The notes under the pieces were generated by a model that was not told the origin of the DNA, did not search any database, and saw only the letters and a list, made by a program, of their open reading frames with translations. A stretch of DNA of 63,918 nucleotides, counting the filler, from Octopus bimaculoides (Eukaryota), in the NCBI RefSeq assembly GCF_001194135.2. It is 4 parts of 4 records of this genome, joined end to end, with 100 filler letters (N's around TTAATTAATTAA, not from the genome) between each part and the next. Parts side by side here need not be neighbours in the genome. Positions count along the whole stretch, not along the records: positions 1 to 31,279 come from NC_068989.1; 3 more parts are not named here. One strand, written 5' to 3'. Both the position numbers and the translations under genes were made by a program. Below, in pieces: positions 1 to 12,799 of the stretch; the stretch's first letter is position 1; every line of letters begins with the position of its first letter.

Positions 1-40
1 AAACTGAAAGAAGCCTGTCGTATATGTGTGTATATATATA

Positions 41-71
<31 letters not shown>

Positions 72-273
72 GTATGTTTGCGTGTCTGTGTTTGTCCACC
101 CAGCATCACTTGACAACCGATGGTGGTGTGTTTACGTCCCCGTAACTTAGTGGTTCGGCAAAGAGACGGATAGATAAGTAATAGGCTTCCAAAGAATAAG
201 TCCTGGGGTCGATTTGTTCGACTAAAGGCTGTGCTCCAGAATGGCCACAGTCAAATGACTGAAACAAGTAAAA
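1..273 (+). mobile_element. tRNA-derived SINE family A (internal TA/TG microsatellite), 3' part
   Basis: Shares blocks 'aactgaaagaagcc..', 'gtttacgtccccgtaacttag', 'aataagtcctggggtcgatttg', 'aaatgactgaaacaagtaaa' with the complete copies at 30622-31027 and 47990-48460. Confidence 0.9.
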
Positions 274-2484
274 NNNNNNNNNNNNNNNNNNNNNNNNNNN
301 NNNNNNNNNNNNNNNNNNNNNNNNNNNNNNNNNNNNNNNNNNNNNNNNNNNNNNNNNNNNNNNNNNNNNNNNNNNNNNNNNNNNNNNNNNNNNNNNNNNN
401 NNNNNNNNNNNNNNNNNNNNNNNNNNNNNNNNNNNNNNNNNNNNNNNNNNNNNNNNNNNNNNNNNNNNNNNNNNNNNNNNNNNNNNNNNNNNNNNNNNNN
501 NNNNNNNNNNNNNNNNNNNNNNNNNNNNNNNNNNNNNNNNNNNTTGCGAGAACAACTGTTTTATCGAAAGCATATATTTCGACTACACATACTCAATGCA
601 GGCCTTGCTTGTCCGCCGGAGCTTTGGACAATATGATTCCTTTATTATTAGTGAATTTGTTAAATATCTAACCAACTAACTAATCGATCCTTTGTTTAAT
701 GTACTCGCTAAACAAGCAATCGGTTGTTTGTTAGTCATCCTTTCATCGCTAATTCACCACTTTTTCAATGATTTATCCTCTCCGTTCAAGTACTGCTCTG
801 AATCTGACCATGAATTGACCTTGTGCCTGCGTGTATGTACGCCTTAAGTTTGTATGTAGATGCGTAAATGTACAAGTTGTGTGTGTGTCTGTCTGTCTGT
901 GCATTATTGTGTGTATGTTGGTGCCCTACCGTGTGTGCGCAGGTATGTGTATCGCTGTATGTGTATGGCTGTGTGTATTACAACCGCTCAGAGCTATATG
1001 AGTACCTATTTGTATGGATTCCCTTGTATTCTGCTATTATTCTACTGCTACCTTATCTCTACCCATATATATCTACGCGCATACACGTGCGCGAGTGCGT
1101 AGATATGTTTACTTGAAATTGTCACCATTGACAATCGATGACTGTCGGCAGATAACGATGATGTGATGAAGTTGACAATGTGAAGTGGTGGGCGATAAGG
1201 AGGAAATTGATGATGATGACGATGATGACGATAACTGTATGAGTCGCTTTATCCAACTCAGTCGGCGAATTGCCATAGTGATTAGACCGTCAGTAAAATA
1301 CCTTCAGTGTTTACTCAGAAAGCTCGATTCCAAATTTTGTCGACATCGTAAGTCATTATTCTCGGACCTATATATGTATAACAATCTAAAGTATGGAAAC
1401 TGCTGCCTATTAGGGTTGAGCACTGAATCACTTTCCCGGCGGAAGACTATTACCTGTAAAGTGAAGAACGCTCCTTTTAGAGCCCTCTCTTGTTCCCACA
1501 TGTATCGAAAAGTCTGCAAAGATTTATAGGCACTGCGTTTCTACCCGCGTGAAGACGCATGAAATATCAGATCTATCCACCTTTACAAGAAATATATACA
1601 AGAAATCTATAATCATTCACTGGCGATATCTGGAATCATTTCAGTCAATTTTAAAAATACAACGGAATTTGATAAATGGGGCCTTCCAAATGTGAAATGC
1701 ACATTCTATTTACCATCATCGGTGATATTGTTGTATTAATCGATTGATGTTTGTCCTAATTTACTTTATATTTTGTTTTGTCAAAAATATTAGCCCGTCA
1801 AGAAATGATAAATGAAGTAGCACTGACATAATTGAATTCTTTATAGTTCTCGTCTTAAAATCGCTAAGTTTGTAAAATGGAACAATTTGCCATGGTTACA
1901 ATGCGCATTTCACTTCATCATGAATTTTTAGGAAATATTTCACACACAAAAATCGATAATATTTTCGATTTTTCTGTGATTAAAGCAAATATACTATACT
2001 ACTTCGACCCATTTACAGTTTCATGACCTGCAAACAATCTCCTCTGATGGTGTCCTGTAATTACGTATACGTTTATATAAAACGAGTAAGATATTGTGTC
2101 TGCGTCTTCCAAAACTAATTTTGTATTTGTTATGAATATCGAATTAAGGGTACTCTATGTATACTGGTATATTGTATGTGGTTTTCGAATAAAAAATACG
2201 ATGGCATCGTCTCCTGAACTAACTAATCAAATTATGTAGGTATATGACGGACATTAGTAACGTCAACTTTGACTGGAGTAACATGGCTGTACCTGTACTA
2301 TGTACAGGTTTCGAGTCCCACGCGTACGGGAAAAACGTACATTTTCTGCCGAGCGCTTATATGTCCCATTATTAGTCTATTTTCCTTACTCATTGCAAGA
2401 CGCTTATAATCTTTAAGCTAATGAAATGCTATCATTATTATTATTTACAGTATTATCAAAATGGACACTGTTGGACAAAACCTT

Positions 2485-2527
<43 letters not shown>

Positions 2528-2652
2528 GTCAAACGGTGGAAATGAGTGCTTAGCACCGCATTGATGGATATAATTTCTTTATTAGTAAATTAAGGCTACC
2601 ATTGGTGTCCTGTCAAGAAAAGTGGAGAACGGTGTTCGCTTCCATTTATATA

Positions 2653-3325
2653 CGAGATGTTACCCAAAGAAAACCGGAATTTTGCAGTATTATTTTGCTG
2701 ACTCAGTTTTACATGTTTACACTTGTATCGCCTTCAAAGTATTCTCCATTCGAAGCAATGTATCCGTCCAGGCTTGTTTTCCACTATATGAAACAGTGTT
2801 GTAACTCCTGCCAAGTGATGCCTCCGTCGTTTTTTTTGTTCACGTCTTTCACATATGGAAATTCTGTAGCAACAGCTCTTGTCACTAGTGTTGGCCTTCG
2901 AAAAAACGTCCAGATCAACTCCAAACTGTCCTTTCAGTTCACGACACACAATCAGCCATGAATGCTTTTGTTCTTCTGTGAGCAAGCGAGGCACAAATTT
3001 TGCTGCAAATCTTTTCATTCGCAATTCCTCGCTCAAAATTCGTTCGCAGGAGCACAGGGATACATCGGTAATATCAACAACTTTGTCAACTGTACTGTGA
3101 TGGTCCTCCAAGATCAGTTCATGAATTATCACGATGTTTTCATTCGTTCAGGTGGTCGCCGATCACCCTGAACGAGATTGGTACGCAAGCGACAAATGAC
3201 CATACTTAAAACGTAAAAACGCCTCGCAAACGTATGGTTACCTCATGGCTGCGGCCTTGTAAGCTGTTTGAAGCATGACACCTGCTTCGGCCGCCGTTTC
3301 TCTCCAGCAGAAAACAGAATTTCAC
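2653..3325 (-). mobile_element. Internally deleted mariner transposon (runs into gap)
   Basis: Minus strand reads 'RFAAKFVPRLLTEEQK...DVFSKANTSDKSCCY' (WVPRLL / DETW-like). This is joined directly to the C-terminal 'ASNGEYFEGD'. TIR-like 'cgagatgttacccaaagaaaaccggaatttt' follows TA at 2651-2652. Confidence 0.85.
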
Positions 3326-3611
3326 NNNNNNNNNNNNNNNNNNNNNNNNNNNNNNNNNNNNNNNNNNNNNNNNNNNNNNNNNNNNNNNNNNNNNNNNNNN
3401 NNNNNNNNNNNNNNNNNNNNNNNNNNNNNNNNNNNNNNNNNNNNNNNNNNNNNNNNNNNNNNNNNNNNNNNNNNNNNNNNNNNNNNNNNNNNNNNNNNNN
3501 NNNNNNNNNNNNNNNNNNNNNNNNNNNNNNNNNNNNNNNNNNNNNNNNNNNNNNNNNNNNNNNNNNNNNNNNNNNNNNNNNNNNNNNNNNNNNNNNNNNN
3601 NNNNNNNNNNN

Positions 3612-3645
<34 letters not shown>

Positions 3646-5245
3646 TGTGTGTATCCATCTGAAGATCATTTTAGACAATTAGGTTTATACGAATTTCATA
3701 ATTATTTTCTATCAGAAAATATATATATTTAAATCTTTTGGGAATATATAAGAATATCATTTAATAAAAAATAAAATAGAAAAGCCATACATAGATAAAT
3801 ACTTTAACATACCTAGAGATATTATTGGAATTATTTATTTTAAAATATGACACACTTTGTTTTCTACGATAAGACATGTGGTTGGGAGTTCTTATTCTCT
3901 GATAAAATTTATTTTCTTTTCGATATAAGTTAAACGTAATTAAATGTCTTTGGATATTTTATCCCGTTGATGTGTATTATGATACCATAATGAATGAATG
4001 AAATTTAGAGCAAAGATTCAATAGATTAAAGAAAGAAGATAAATTTCCTCCTCATGATCAATTATATATAAAAATAAATTTACATATTCAGTGCGCATGT
4101 TAATACAGAAAATAAAGTCATAAAAATGGAACGAAAATTTTCATTAAAATAAATACCTACATTTACTTGCTGGTATTTATAGGTTCTGGCAATAAATTTA
4201 TTTCATCTGCACGACATTATTTCAGAAAATTTGATTTCATCTTGACAAAACATCAATGTGTAATGCGAAACTATTAGAAGAAAATAAATTAATTTGTGAT
4301 AGATTATGATTCTGGAACTGATTTGATGCAAATGATACTTCAAATTTATCTTTCAAACATTTTGTAAATACAACCAGTGCAGGTATTTTTCGGAAGGAAA
4401 GATAATGAGGACTACTGAGAACATTTATCTTTAAATGCAGGACGTAAATATGAATTCGTAAATAAATATTGACACAATGGTGTAGGGTGCAGAAAACATA
4501 CATTTAGAACGTTATATGTTTGGTGGCTGAATATTTATTTGTTAGGTAATATTCATTTACATACTTCCACAACAAATGAGACAAGCTGGAGCTCTTTTGG
4601 CCACTATTAAAATTAATCTAAAGTACATAAAGTCCCGCATATATGCCAAAGTGTTGGTGACAAAATCACTGAGTTGTGCGCAATATTATACATTGGTAGA
4701 CATGAACAATGTGTCAAAATTACAATCAAAACTAAACACGAATTCTAATTAACAATGAACCATTTTGTATACAATAATACCTTAGAGGGTATTAGTGGTG
4801 TAATGCAGTGAATATGAATAAACGATACTCATAGCTGTAACAGGAATTCAATGTAAATGTTCGGTAATAGCTACTTTCACTCACTCACACTTAATATAAA
4901 TAGAACATGTTTCTGGAAATAGATCACATAAATATCAGGTAACCTGATCTAATTTGAGTAGACAACCTAACTTTCTGTGAAACGTGTTTTGGGGTTAATA
5001 GTCACATTAATTTTAAAGTACGACATAAAGAAGACAGATATTATTTAACGTCTTCTTAACTTATCATGTAAGATATCTATTTTATCATAATTGAATTATT
5101 CTAGGAAATGGTATGGATAAACTAAATAATATTTAACTCAATACTATTCTCATCTATCTACCTATCAATCTATCTACCTATCTGTCTCTCTATCTATTTA
5201 TCTATCTATCCATATATATATATATATATATATATTCTCTTTTAT

Positions 5246-5511
5246 TCTCTTTTACTTCTTTCAGTCATTTGACTGCATCGCATCCATGCTGGAGCACCGC
5301 CTTTAGTGGAGCAAANNNNNNNNNNNNNNNNNNNNNNNNNNNNNNNNNNNNNNNNNNNNNNNNNNNNNNNNNNNNNNNNNNNNNNNNNNNNNNNNNNNNN
5401 NNNNNNNNNNNNNNNNNNNNNNNNNNNNNNNNNNNNNNNNNNNNNNNNNNNNNNNNNNNNNNNNNNNNNNNNNNNNNNNNNNNNNNNNNNNNNNNNNNNN
5501 NNNNNNNNNNN

Positions 5512-5550
<39 letters not shown>

Positions 5551-5685
5551 TACGACAGGCTTCTTTCAGTTTCCGTCTACCAAATCCACTCACAAAGCTT
5601 TAGTCAAGGTGCCACGCGGTGGGACTGAACCAAGAACCATGCGATTGGTAAGCAAGCTATTTACCACACAGCCACTCCTGCGATA
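5246..5685 (-). mobile_element. SINE family A copy spanning a gap
   Basis: Reverse complement of the family A 3' end at 5246-5314 and of the head (ggtggg-actgaacc...ggtaagcaagct) at 5551-5685. Confidence 0.85.
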
Positions 5686-6489
5686 TTATGTAGGTATGTA
5701 GCTCTTTCCTCTTCAAGCATATCTGCTTATTTATTTAGTATAATACAAGTATGTAGTTGCTGTTGTTGTTGTATAGATGCAAGTTACACATTGAAATGAT
5801 TTTGGAAATATTGTTAGTAGATTTATTGATTAACAAAACAGGAAGTTGGCAAATGTTTTGATATGTTTTAACCACCATGACGCATGTTTCATTTGTTAAT
5901 AGGAATTATAGAGATTTACATGTTAGATGGACGTGTACGGAATTTATTATAAGTAATTCTTCAGACAGAGAATTAAATATTATAAACTTTACATTTGGAT
6001 AAAATGTTTATACTTAGTTAGTAATCAGAAGTTTGATTAAATTTACTTTAGCGCTTACGGCTTTTAAGCTCTAAATGGAAAATACATTTGGACATTTCGC
6101 TAATGGATATTCCTATTCGAGTGTTGAATGAATAAAGTTGTTGATAAACGGAACAAGTTCACTTTATATATGAATATGCTATGAAAAACATACGTTTTGA
6201 TAAAAATTCATGCTTGGATAACAAAATAGAATCTACTACTTACTTAAAATTCACCACAAATTCAACACATGATCAGATTTGAAGATTTAACGAATATCAT
6301 TAAAAATAGCAAATTTAAATTCCCTGCTCTTTGTTATAATTAACGTCTACGTGAATTACATTATTTAATTAAACAAACTAAAATGCGAGTCTGGATTCTA
6401 GTACATTCGTGTAAAAGTGGTATCATTTGTAACATTAATATGAAAATGTACGAATTACAAAGAACTCCTTCAACTCTAGGTAAAATCAA

Positions 6490-7220
6490 CTCAACTGGAC
6501 TTAAAATGGACTTTCATATTGACGATTGCATGTATTTATATCATCCTAAAATACCAAGAATTAAATTCATTGACCATACATTAAATTTCGAAGACAATCA
6601 TTCAGTAGCACTGATTTCATTTTATAAATATAGTTATGTAGAAATTAAACTTAACAACAAAGAATCATGAAAGTCTTTTAAAATGTTGGGCGTTCGATCA
6701 CTGTCCATTCGAATCCAAAAACAGTTGAATTTTAGATGTCTGTAGTAATTTAAAATATAGTTTATATAAACCGCATCACAAAATTAATAAAAATGTTCCT
6801 TACATATACAAGAATATCAAATCATCTACGTGCAATGATAAAGTCAATTATAAATGGCATTTCACCTTGTATTTCTAAAATTTCAACTAAAAAATATATT
6901 AAGCTCATTCTAGGACAGGCTATAAAGATAAAACAGAGTTTATTAATAATAGAAACAATAAACAATAATTACATTACACAAGTAATAACCCACCTAATAA
7001 ATTAAAAAGTGATTCCCCTAACACCTAATATCGTAAATTTTATAAATGTAAAAGCAAACGAACGAACAAAGATCAATATCAGAAATCACATACTAATCAA
7101 TACTGCAGTAATAAATTTAATATCAACAAATATAATTCTAATAATCATAATAATTATCATAATAACCCAGCTAATAAATATGGTGGCCACTCCTGTCGAT
7201 TTCGACGAATTTAGTCTATG
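6490..7220 (+). pseudogene. Degraded Penelope-like element RT/thumb region followed by Asn-rich linker
   Basis: Frameshifted reading gives 'FHIDDCM' (YxDD-like), 'ILDVCSNLKYSLYKPHHKINKNVPYIYKN' and 'SNHLRAMIKSIINGISPCISKIS'. These resemble the PLE 'FLDV..YKPY.KPN..PLYI...SNHPP.IIK.IP..I..R.S..S' motif. An Asn-rich tract with stops follows. Confidence 0.6.
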
Positions 7221-7299
7221 AAAGACAGGGTTTAAATATAAAAGGCGAGAAAGAAAGAATAATGTGAGAAGAAGAAAAATCAACTCTAAATTTAAGGTA

Positions 7300-7700
7300 C
7301 AAAAGAAGTCGCATCTACTTGCAATGAATCCAAACGGAACACTGATGATCATTGTTTTGCCTGGAATTGCACAATTGTGCCTGTTGATTGCAGGATATTA
7401 CTCTTTTATTGTTCTGTGTCTTCAACACAAGTTGTCTGGATGCACCATGACACGTTTTATGTCATGCAGATTGATCCAGAAAATAACATTCCCAAGATGT
7501 CAAGTTAAGCTTTTGAGACTTCATTGATTGCTCCAATTTATCCTTATGTCTAACGATGAGTCTTCCTTTACCGCGGTATCCCTGTCATTGTTGCCCATAC
7601 AGAAGAATTTTCGGAATGTGATGATCTTTCATTCGAACAACATATCATACCCGTTTGTACTGAATATTCAGCAGCTCTTGATACTGGAAATATCACATTT
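7300..7700 (-). mobile_element. RTE-clade LINE 3' ORF fragment
   Basis: Minus strand reads 'VVRMKDHHIPKILLYGQ..GYRGKGRLIVRHKDKLEQSMKS..LNLTSWE..LDQSA*HKTCHG', typical of the RTE C-terminus. Confidence 0.75.
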
Positions 7701-9242
7701 TTCTTAGATTTTGACATTTGATTTCTTAACTTTCTATTTTATGTTGCATCGAAACCAATTACAACTTTCTGGACCAAATACGCCTTTTGCAGACAGTACA
7801 TATGAAAGGCTTAACGTTTTTTATATGTGTGTAGTAGGGAATCCATACTTCTGCCCCATAGAAAAGAGTGCGAAAAATGCAAAATTTGTATACACTTATT
7901 ATTTCTTAATACGATCTATTCCCGCAATCTAATAGCTCAGCTATTCAGACAAATTCAAAGACAGCTTTTGTTATGTGATGTTAGTGAGTGTTCCTAATTT
8001 ACGCTTTCTATCCGCTTCCTACCAATGTATTTTCTGATTATATATTTATCAGTACGAAAAACTAAGCACAACAGTTGCTACTTTGTATACGCTTAATTGA
8101 AAACGTTAAGTATATTTACATTTCACAATATATAATTATAAGTAAATGAGTATCAATCTTTGAATACTTGAAGCATTGATTTGGAAATGGGTATTTAAAC
8201 AGCTTTCATGAAAATTCAGTTATCGTGTGTTTAAATTGTCAACATTACATATGTTATAACATAGACATATTATTAATGATATAGAAGCAAATGTATGTTC
8301 CAATTATATAGCACGTCCTTTTACTTGCACAAGAAAGAACATAAACAGATACGGTAAAATAATGAATTGAAGGAAAAGCATCACATCACTTATTAGGCAA
8401 ACTTCAATAATTAAGACTTTATGAGTATTCGATGGCAATGTACGAATACATGTGATAGATATAAAAATATAAATACATAATTTACAGCGAGGATAAAAAT
8501 ACAAATATATAATTTACAGCGAGGATAAACGAATATTAATTACGTAGCAATTTGTGTTTGGTGTACGTACGCGTTGGATTTTAACATATAGGTATATATT
8601 TTTGAATGTATTTCTCTTGCCTTTTCAACGTAGGTTTCCGGGAGGAAATCGTTTTGGTGAAGTACATCAACAAACAATAAAAATACTTCTATCTTGAACC
8701 ATGCATGTATATTCGTATATTCGAATCTCCTTTAAACCAAACAACTGATCATGGGTATAACTTGTAATAACTGTAGCAATGTGAGTGCCAAACCACAGAA
8801 CTTTCGGTCCTTGCGTCACTCTGTTGCTTCTGCTAAATATTAGTAAAAATATGCATACACTCAAATTCTGAGTATTATGTTTCCCGATAAATATATAAAA
8901 CGCTAGTTCTAAAATCTCTCTGGGACATCAACGCAGTAGTTATACTGATAAGCAATATTCGTAGCCAATTTAATATGGCTGTACGTTCGAACGGACTCGA
9001 ATGCGATTTTTAAACCAACGAGATCTCCTCTAGCTGGTTAACGAGGCATAGCTACATCCCAGTACACTCGGTGTTGACGCGTCTCTGCACACTCGACATG
9101 AGCGGCACTGGATACACGGGGTGTCCACTTATTATTTCGCTTATGTAATCACTCTCACACACACGTATACACACAAATGCATCTCTCGTCACCGCCGTAG
9201 ACATACACACACAACATAAATATACATATACATACACACACA

Positions 9243-9280
<38 letters not shown>

Positions 9281-9959
9281 NNNNNNNNNNNNNNNNNNNN
9301 NNNNNNNNNNNNNNNNNNNNNNNNNNNNNNNNNNNNNNNNNNNNNNNNNNNNNNNNNNNNNNNNNNNNNNNNNNNNNNNNNNNNNNNNNNNNNNNNNNNN
9401 NNNNNNNNNNNNNNNNNNNNNNNNNNNNNNNNNNNNNNNNNNNNNNNNNNNNNNNNNNNNNNNNNNNNNNNNNNNNNNNNNNNNNNNNNNNNNNNNNNNN
9501 NNNNNNNNNNNNNNNNNNNNNNNNNNNNNNNNNNNNNNNNNNNNNNNNNNNNNNNNNNNNNNNNNNNNNNNNNNNNNNNNNNNNNNNNNNNNNNNNNNNN
9601 NNNNNNNNNNNNNNNNNNNNNNNNNNNNNNNNNNNNNNNNNNNNNNNNNNNNNNNNNNNNNNNNNNNNNNNNNNNNNNNNNNNNNNNNNNNNNNNNNNNN
9701 NNNNNNNNNNNNNNNNNNNNNNNNNNNNNNNNNNNNNNNNNNNNNNNNNNNNNNNNNNNNNNNNNNNNNNNNNNNNNNNNNNNNNNNNNNNNNNNNNNNN
9801 NNNNNNNNNNNNNNNNNNNNNNNNNNNNNNNNNNNNNNNNNNNNNNNNNNNNNNNNNNNNNNNNNNNNNNNNNNNNNNATATATATATATATATATAGTG
9901 GAAATGAAATGTAAGAAGACAGTCAAAAGTCGAATATTATAGATTGGTAGAAACTACTT

Positions 9960-10830
9960 ATAGGAACTAAAGGCATGTTGTTGCCAATGTTTGCAACGAC
10001 AAAGGTGTTTACAAGAAAATTCTCCTAGAACAGAATGAGATGGTGTTCTTCGGTACAGAGCGGACAAAAGAATTTACCTTTATCATATGGAAAGTGACTA
10101 GACAGAATATTCCTTTCCAGACCAAATTGTTTATTATGTTCCTTTAGAGACAAAATTAATTTACTAAGCCCAGTATTGTTACATTTAGTGATATGTCTAA
10201 ACGTAGAGTAATGGTTAGATACTGTTTTGGACAACTGTGATGAAGAACTACCTATGTAAACGAAGACATCAGAACCGACAGTAATTTTACATTGATAAAC
10301 AGACATTCTAGTCTTAGAATTACTGCTAAAGAAACGAATGCGTTTCGAATTTATATCAGAAATAGTAATATCGTTGTTATTATTGTTCAAAGAATGGTTA
10401 GTGTTAATAATATCAATGATATTATTTTCATTTAGTGAATTTGCATTTAACAACTTATTGTTATGCGAAGAGATGATTTGTGAAAGGATTTTGGTGTTTG
10501 AAAACACAATTTTAATTCGGTGTGAATTGATAATGGAATGGTATCTTGAAATTTTTATCTGTTGCTTCACAAGACTGGTATGAGAAGTTCAATTTGATCT
10601 GCTTACCATATGGAATTATCACCCAAATAGTTTTACTAGGACATTATTATTAGGGTAATTATCTTTAAAAGTACTAGATTTACTTTCAAGTCCATTTTTC
10701 GATTTATTGTCGTTATTCGGACTAACATTTATATTGTTATTACCGTTATGACGTGTTTTCATGTCCTGACTAATAGAAGTAGAATTAATGTCCATAGGGT
10801 TAATGTAGGTATTTTTTTCTTTATAGTTTG
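9960..10830 (-). pseudogene. Penelope-like element C-terminus with GIY-YIG endonuclease
   Basis: ORF 10025-10570: 'IISSHNNKLL...VYQCKITVGSDVFVYIG...SNHYSTFRH...NTGLSK..LSLKEH..FGLE.NIL...PYDKGKFFCPLCTEE'. Upstream 'TIWVIIPYGKQIKLNF' matches the PLE IWFNPPY motif. Confidence 0.85.
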
Positions 10831-10944
10831 TTTTAAATAAGGCAGAGTTATAAAATTCGACTTTACCGTTGAAGATATAAATATTGGAAGATAATCTAGA
10901 ATGTCTAAGTGAAATATTTCTAACTAAATTCCTTGTAATAGCCT

Positions 10945-10985
10945 TTGAATGATTACTGAAATTTTAAATTTCAGTAATCATTCAA
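10945..10985. repeat. Perfect 20-bp inverted repeat with 1-nt spacer
   Basis: ttgaatgattactgaaattt-t-aaatttcagtaatcattcaa. Confidence 0.95.
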
Positions 10986-12764
10986 CTAATACGGGAAACA
11001 ATGAACACACAAGCTATCAATTTATCATATTCACTTGGATCTTTTAATAATATTTACGTCTGATACAAATTATAATTATATGATGAATTCGTCGTGAATT
11101 GCTGCGCCTATATTATCAGAAAGGTCATTTCAATTTTTTTCAAACTTTCATCCTGTTATTAATTGAATACTCATATGTTTTAGGTCTGGCTGGAATATCA
11201 AAATCTCTGCCATCCACACGTTATCGATTATGTTTAAACTAATCGTACATCTCAATTATGCGTTTCCACCCAAAATTATTAACAAGGATCAAACAGCAAA
11301 AACAATCCACGTATAAGTCACTTTTAATTTTATATTTCTTTATTAACTCTGAAGCAAAATATTGTTACTCTGTCATAAAAACAGAGGTTATAATACAGTT
11401 TGAAAATAATGTACATGTATTGATATTGAACAGCATATTTTTATGGAGGTTTCAAAGGTTCCAATATATATGTGCTCGTATATAATCAATAAAACAGACG
11501 CATGAATAAGTAATAAGGAGTTGGGTTAAGTATCAGGAAACCATTGATACAATTTTAAAAAGCTGGCTTGGATAATCTGTCTTGTAGTCAAAAGCGGTTC
11601 GGAATTCCACGTCAGAAATTTAAAAATCAATTGAGTGCTTTTTTCTGATGTATTATAATAGACGATTATAAAAGTAGAGTTGTGCCAGTCAGTTTGAATA
11701 GTAGTTTGTTTTATTCATTCACAGAAAATTATTGAATCAGAGGCGCTGAATAATTATTACCGGTTCTTATAAATAGAATACATGTGAATGACTGAAGCTG
11801 TAGTTATTGATATTCGATCACGATAATGTATACTACAGCATCTGAAAGACTAAGTTATGTATTTTATAAGCCTCCTGAATACAATTCCTATCCTATCGTC
11901 CTGGAATGCAGTGTGTTAATATTGATGTCTTCATCTACATGTACAAAGTGGCAATTTGCTTGTAGTTATAGAGCAACATATGTGGGTATTTCGTGTTTGT
12001 CCAGAGGCAAGAAATTTAATTCTAAGAATCGTGTGAATGTATGTGGCGGTAAGATCACATGGTGACAATACTTTAAACGGAAAGTCTTTAAAATTTTATA
12101 CATTTTTAACATCATATATAAATATGCAACTTTGTTTTGGTAGATACATCAAATATGACGAAGAATGCGGTGCTATTTCAATTCTGTTACCGAAAACTGC
12201 AAATTAGACGCGGAAAAAACTCACGTTACAGAATAAGTTATGAAGGCGATCGATATTTGAAATACTAACAACGTCGATTATTCTGTTTACAGATTATATT
12301 TATGAGTCAGAAATATAGAGAAGTATGTATCCAACAACTGATTTGCATTGCAGTTTCCTTTACACACATATGTACGCTCGGAAACGCAAACGCACACCCA
12401 TGCAAACACACACATATGNNNNNNNNNNNNNNNNNNNNNNNNNNNNNNNNNNNNNNNNNNNNNNNNNNNNNNNNNNNNNNNNNNNNNNNNNNNNNNNNNN
12501 NNNNNNNNNNNNNNNNNNNNNNNNNNNNNNNNNNNNNNNNNNNNNNNNNNNNNNNNNNNNNNNNNNNNNNNNNNNNNNNNNNNNNNNNNNNNNNNNNNNN
12601 NNNNNNNNNNNNNNNNNNNNNNNNNNNNNNNNNNNNNNNNNNNNNNNNNNNNNNNNNNNNNNNNNNNNNNNNNNNNNNNNNNNNNNNNNNNNNNNNNNNN
12701 NNNNNNNNNNNNNNNNNNNNNNNNNNNNNNNNNNNNNNNNNNNNNNNNNNNNNNNNNNNNNNNN

Positions 12765-12799
<35 letters not shown>

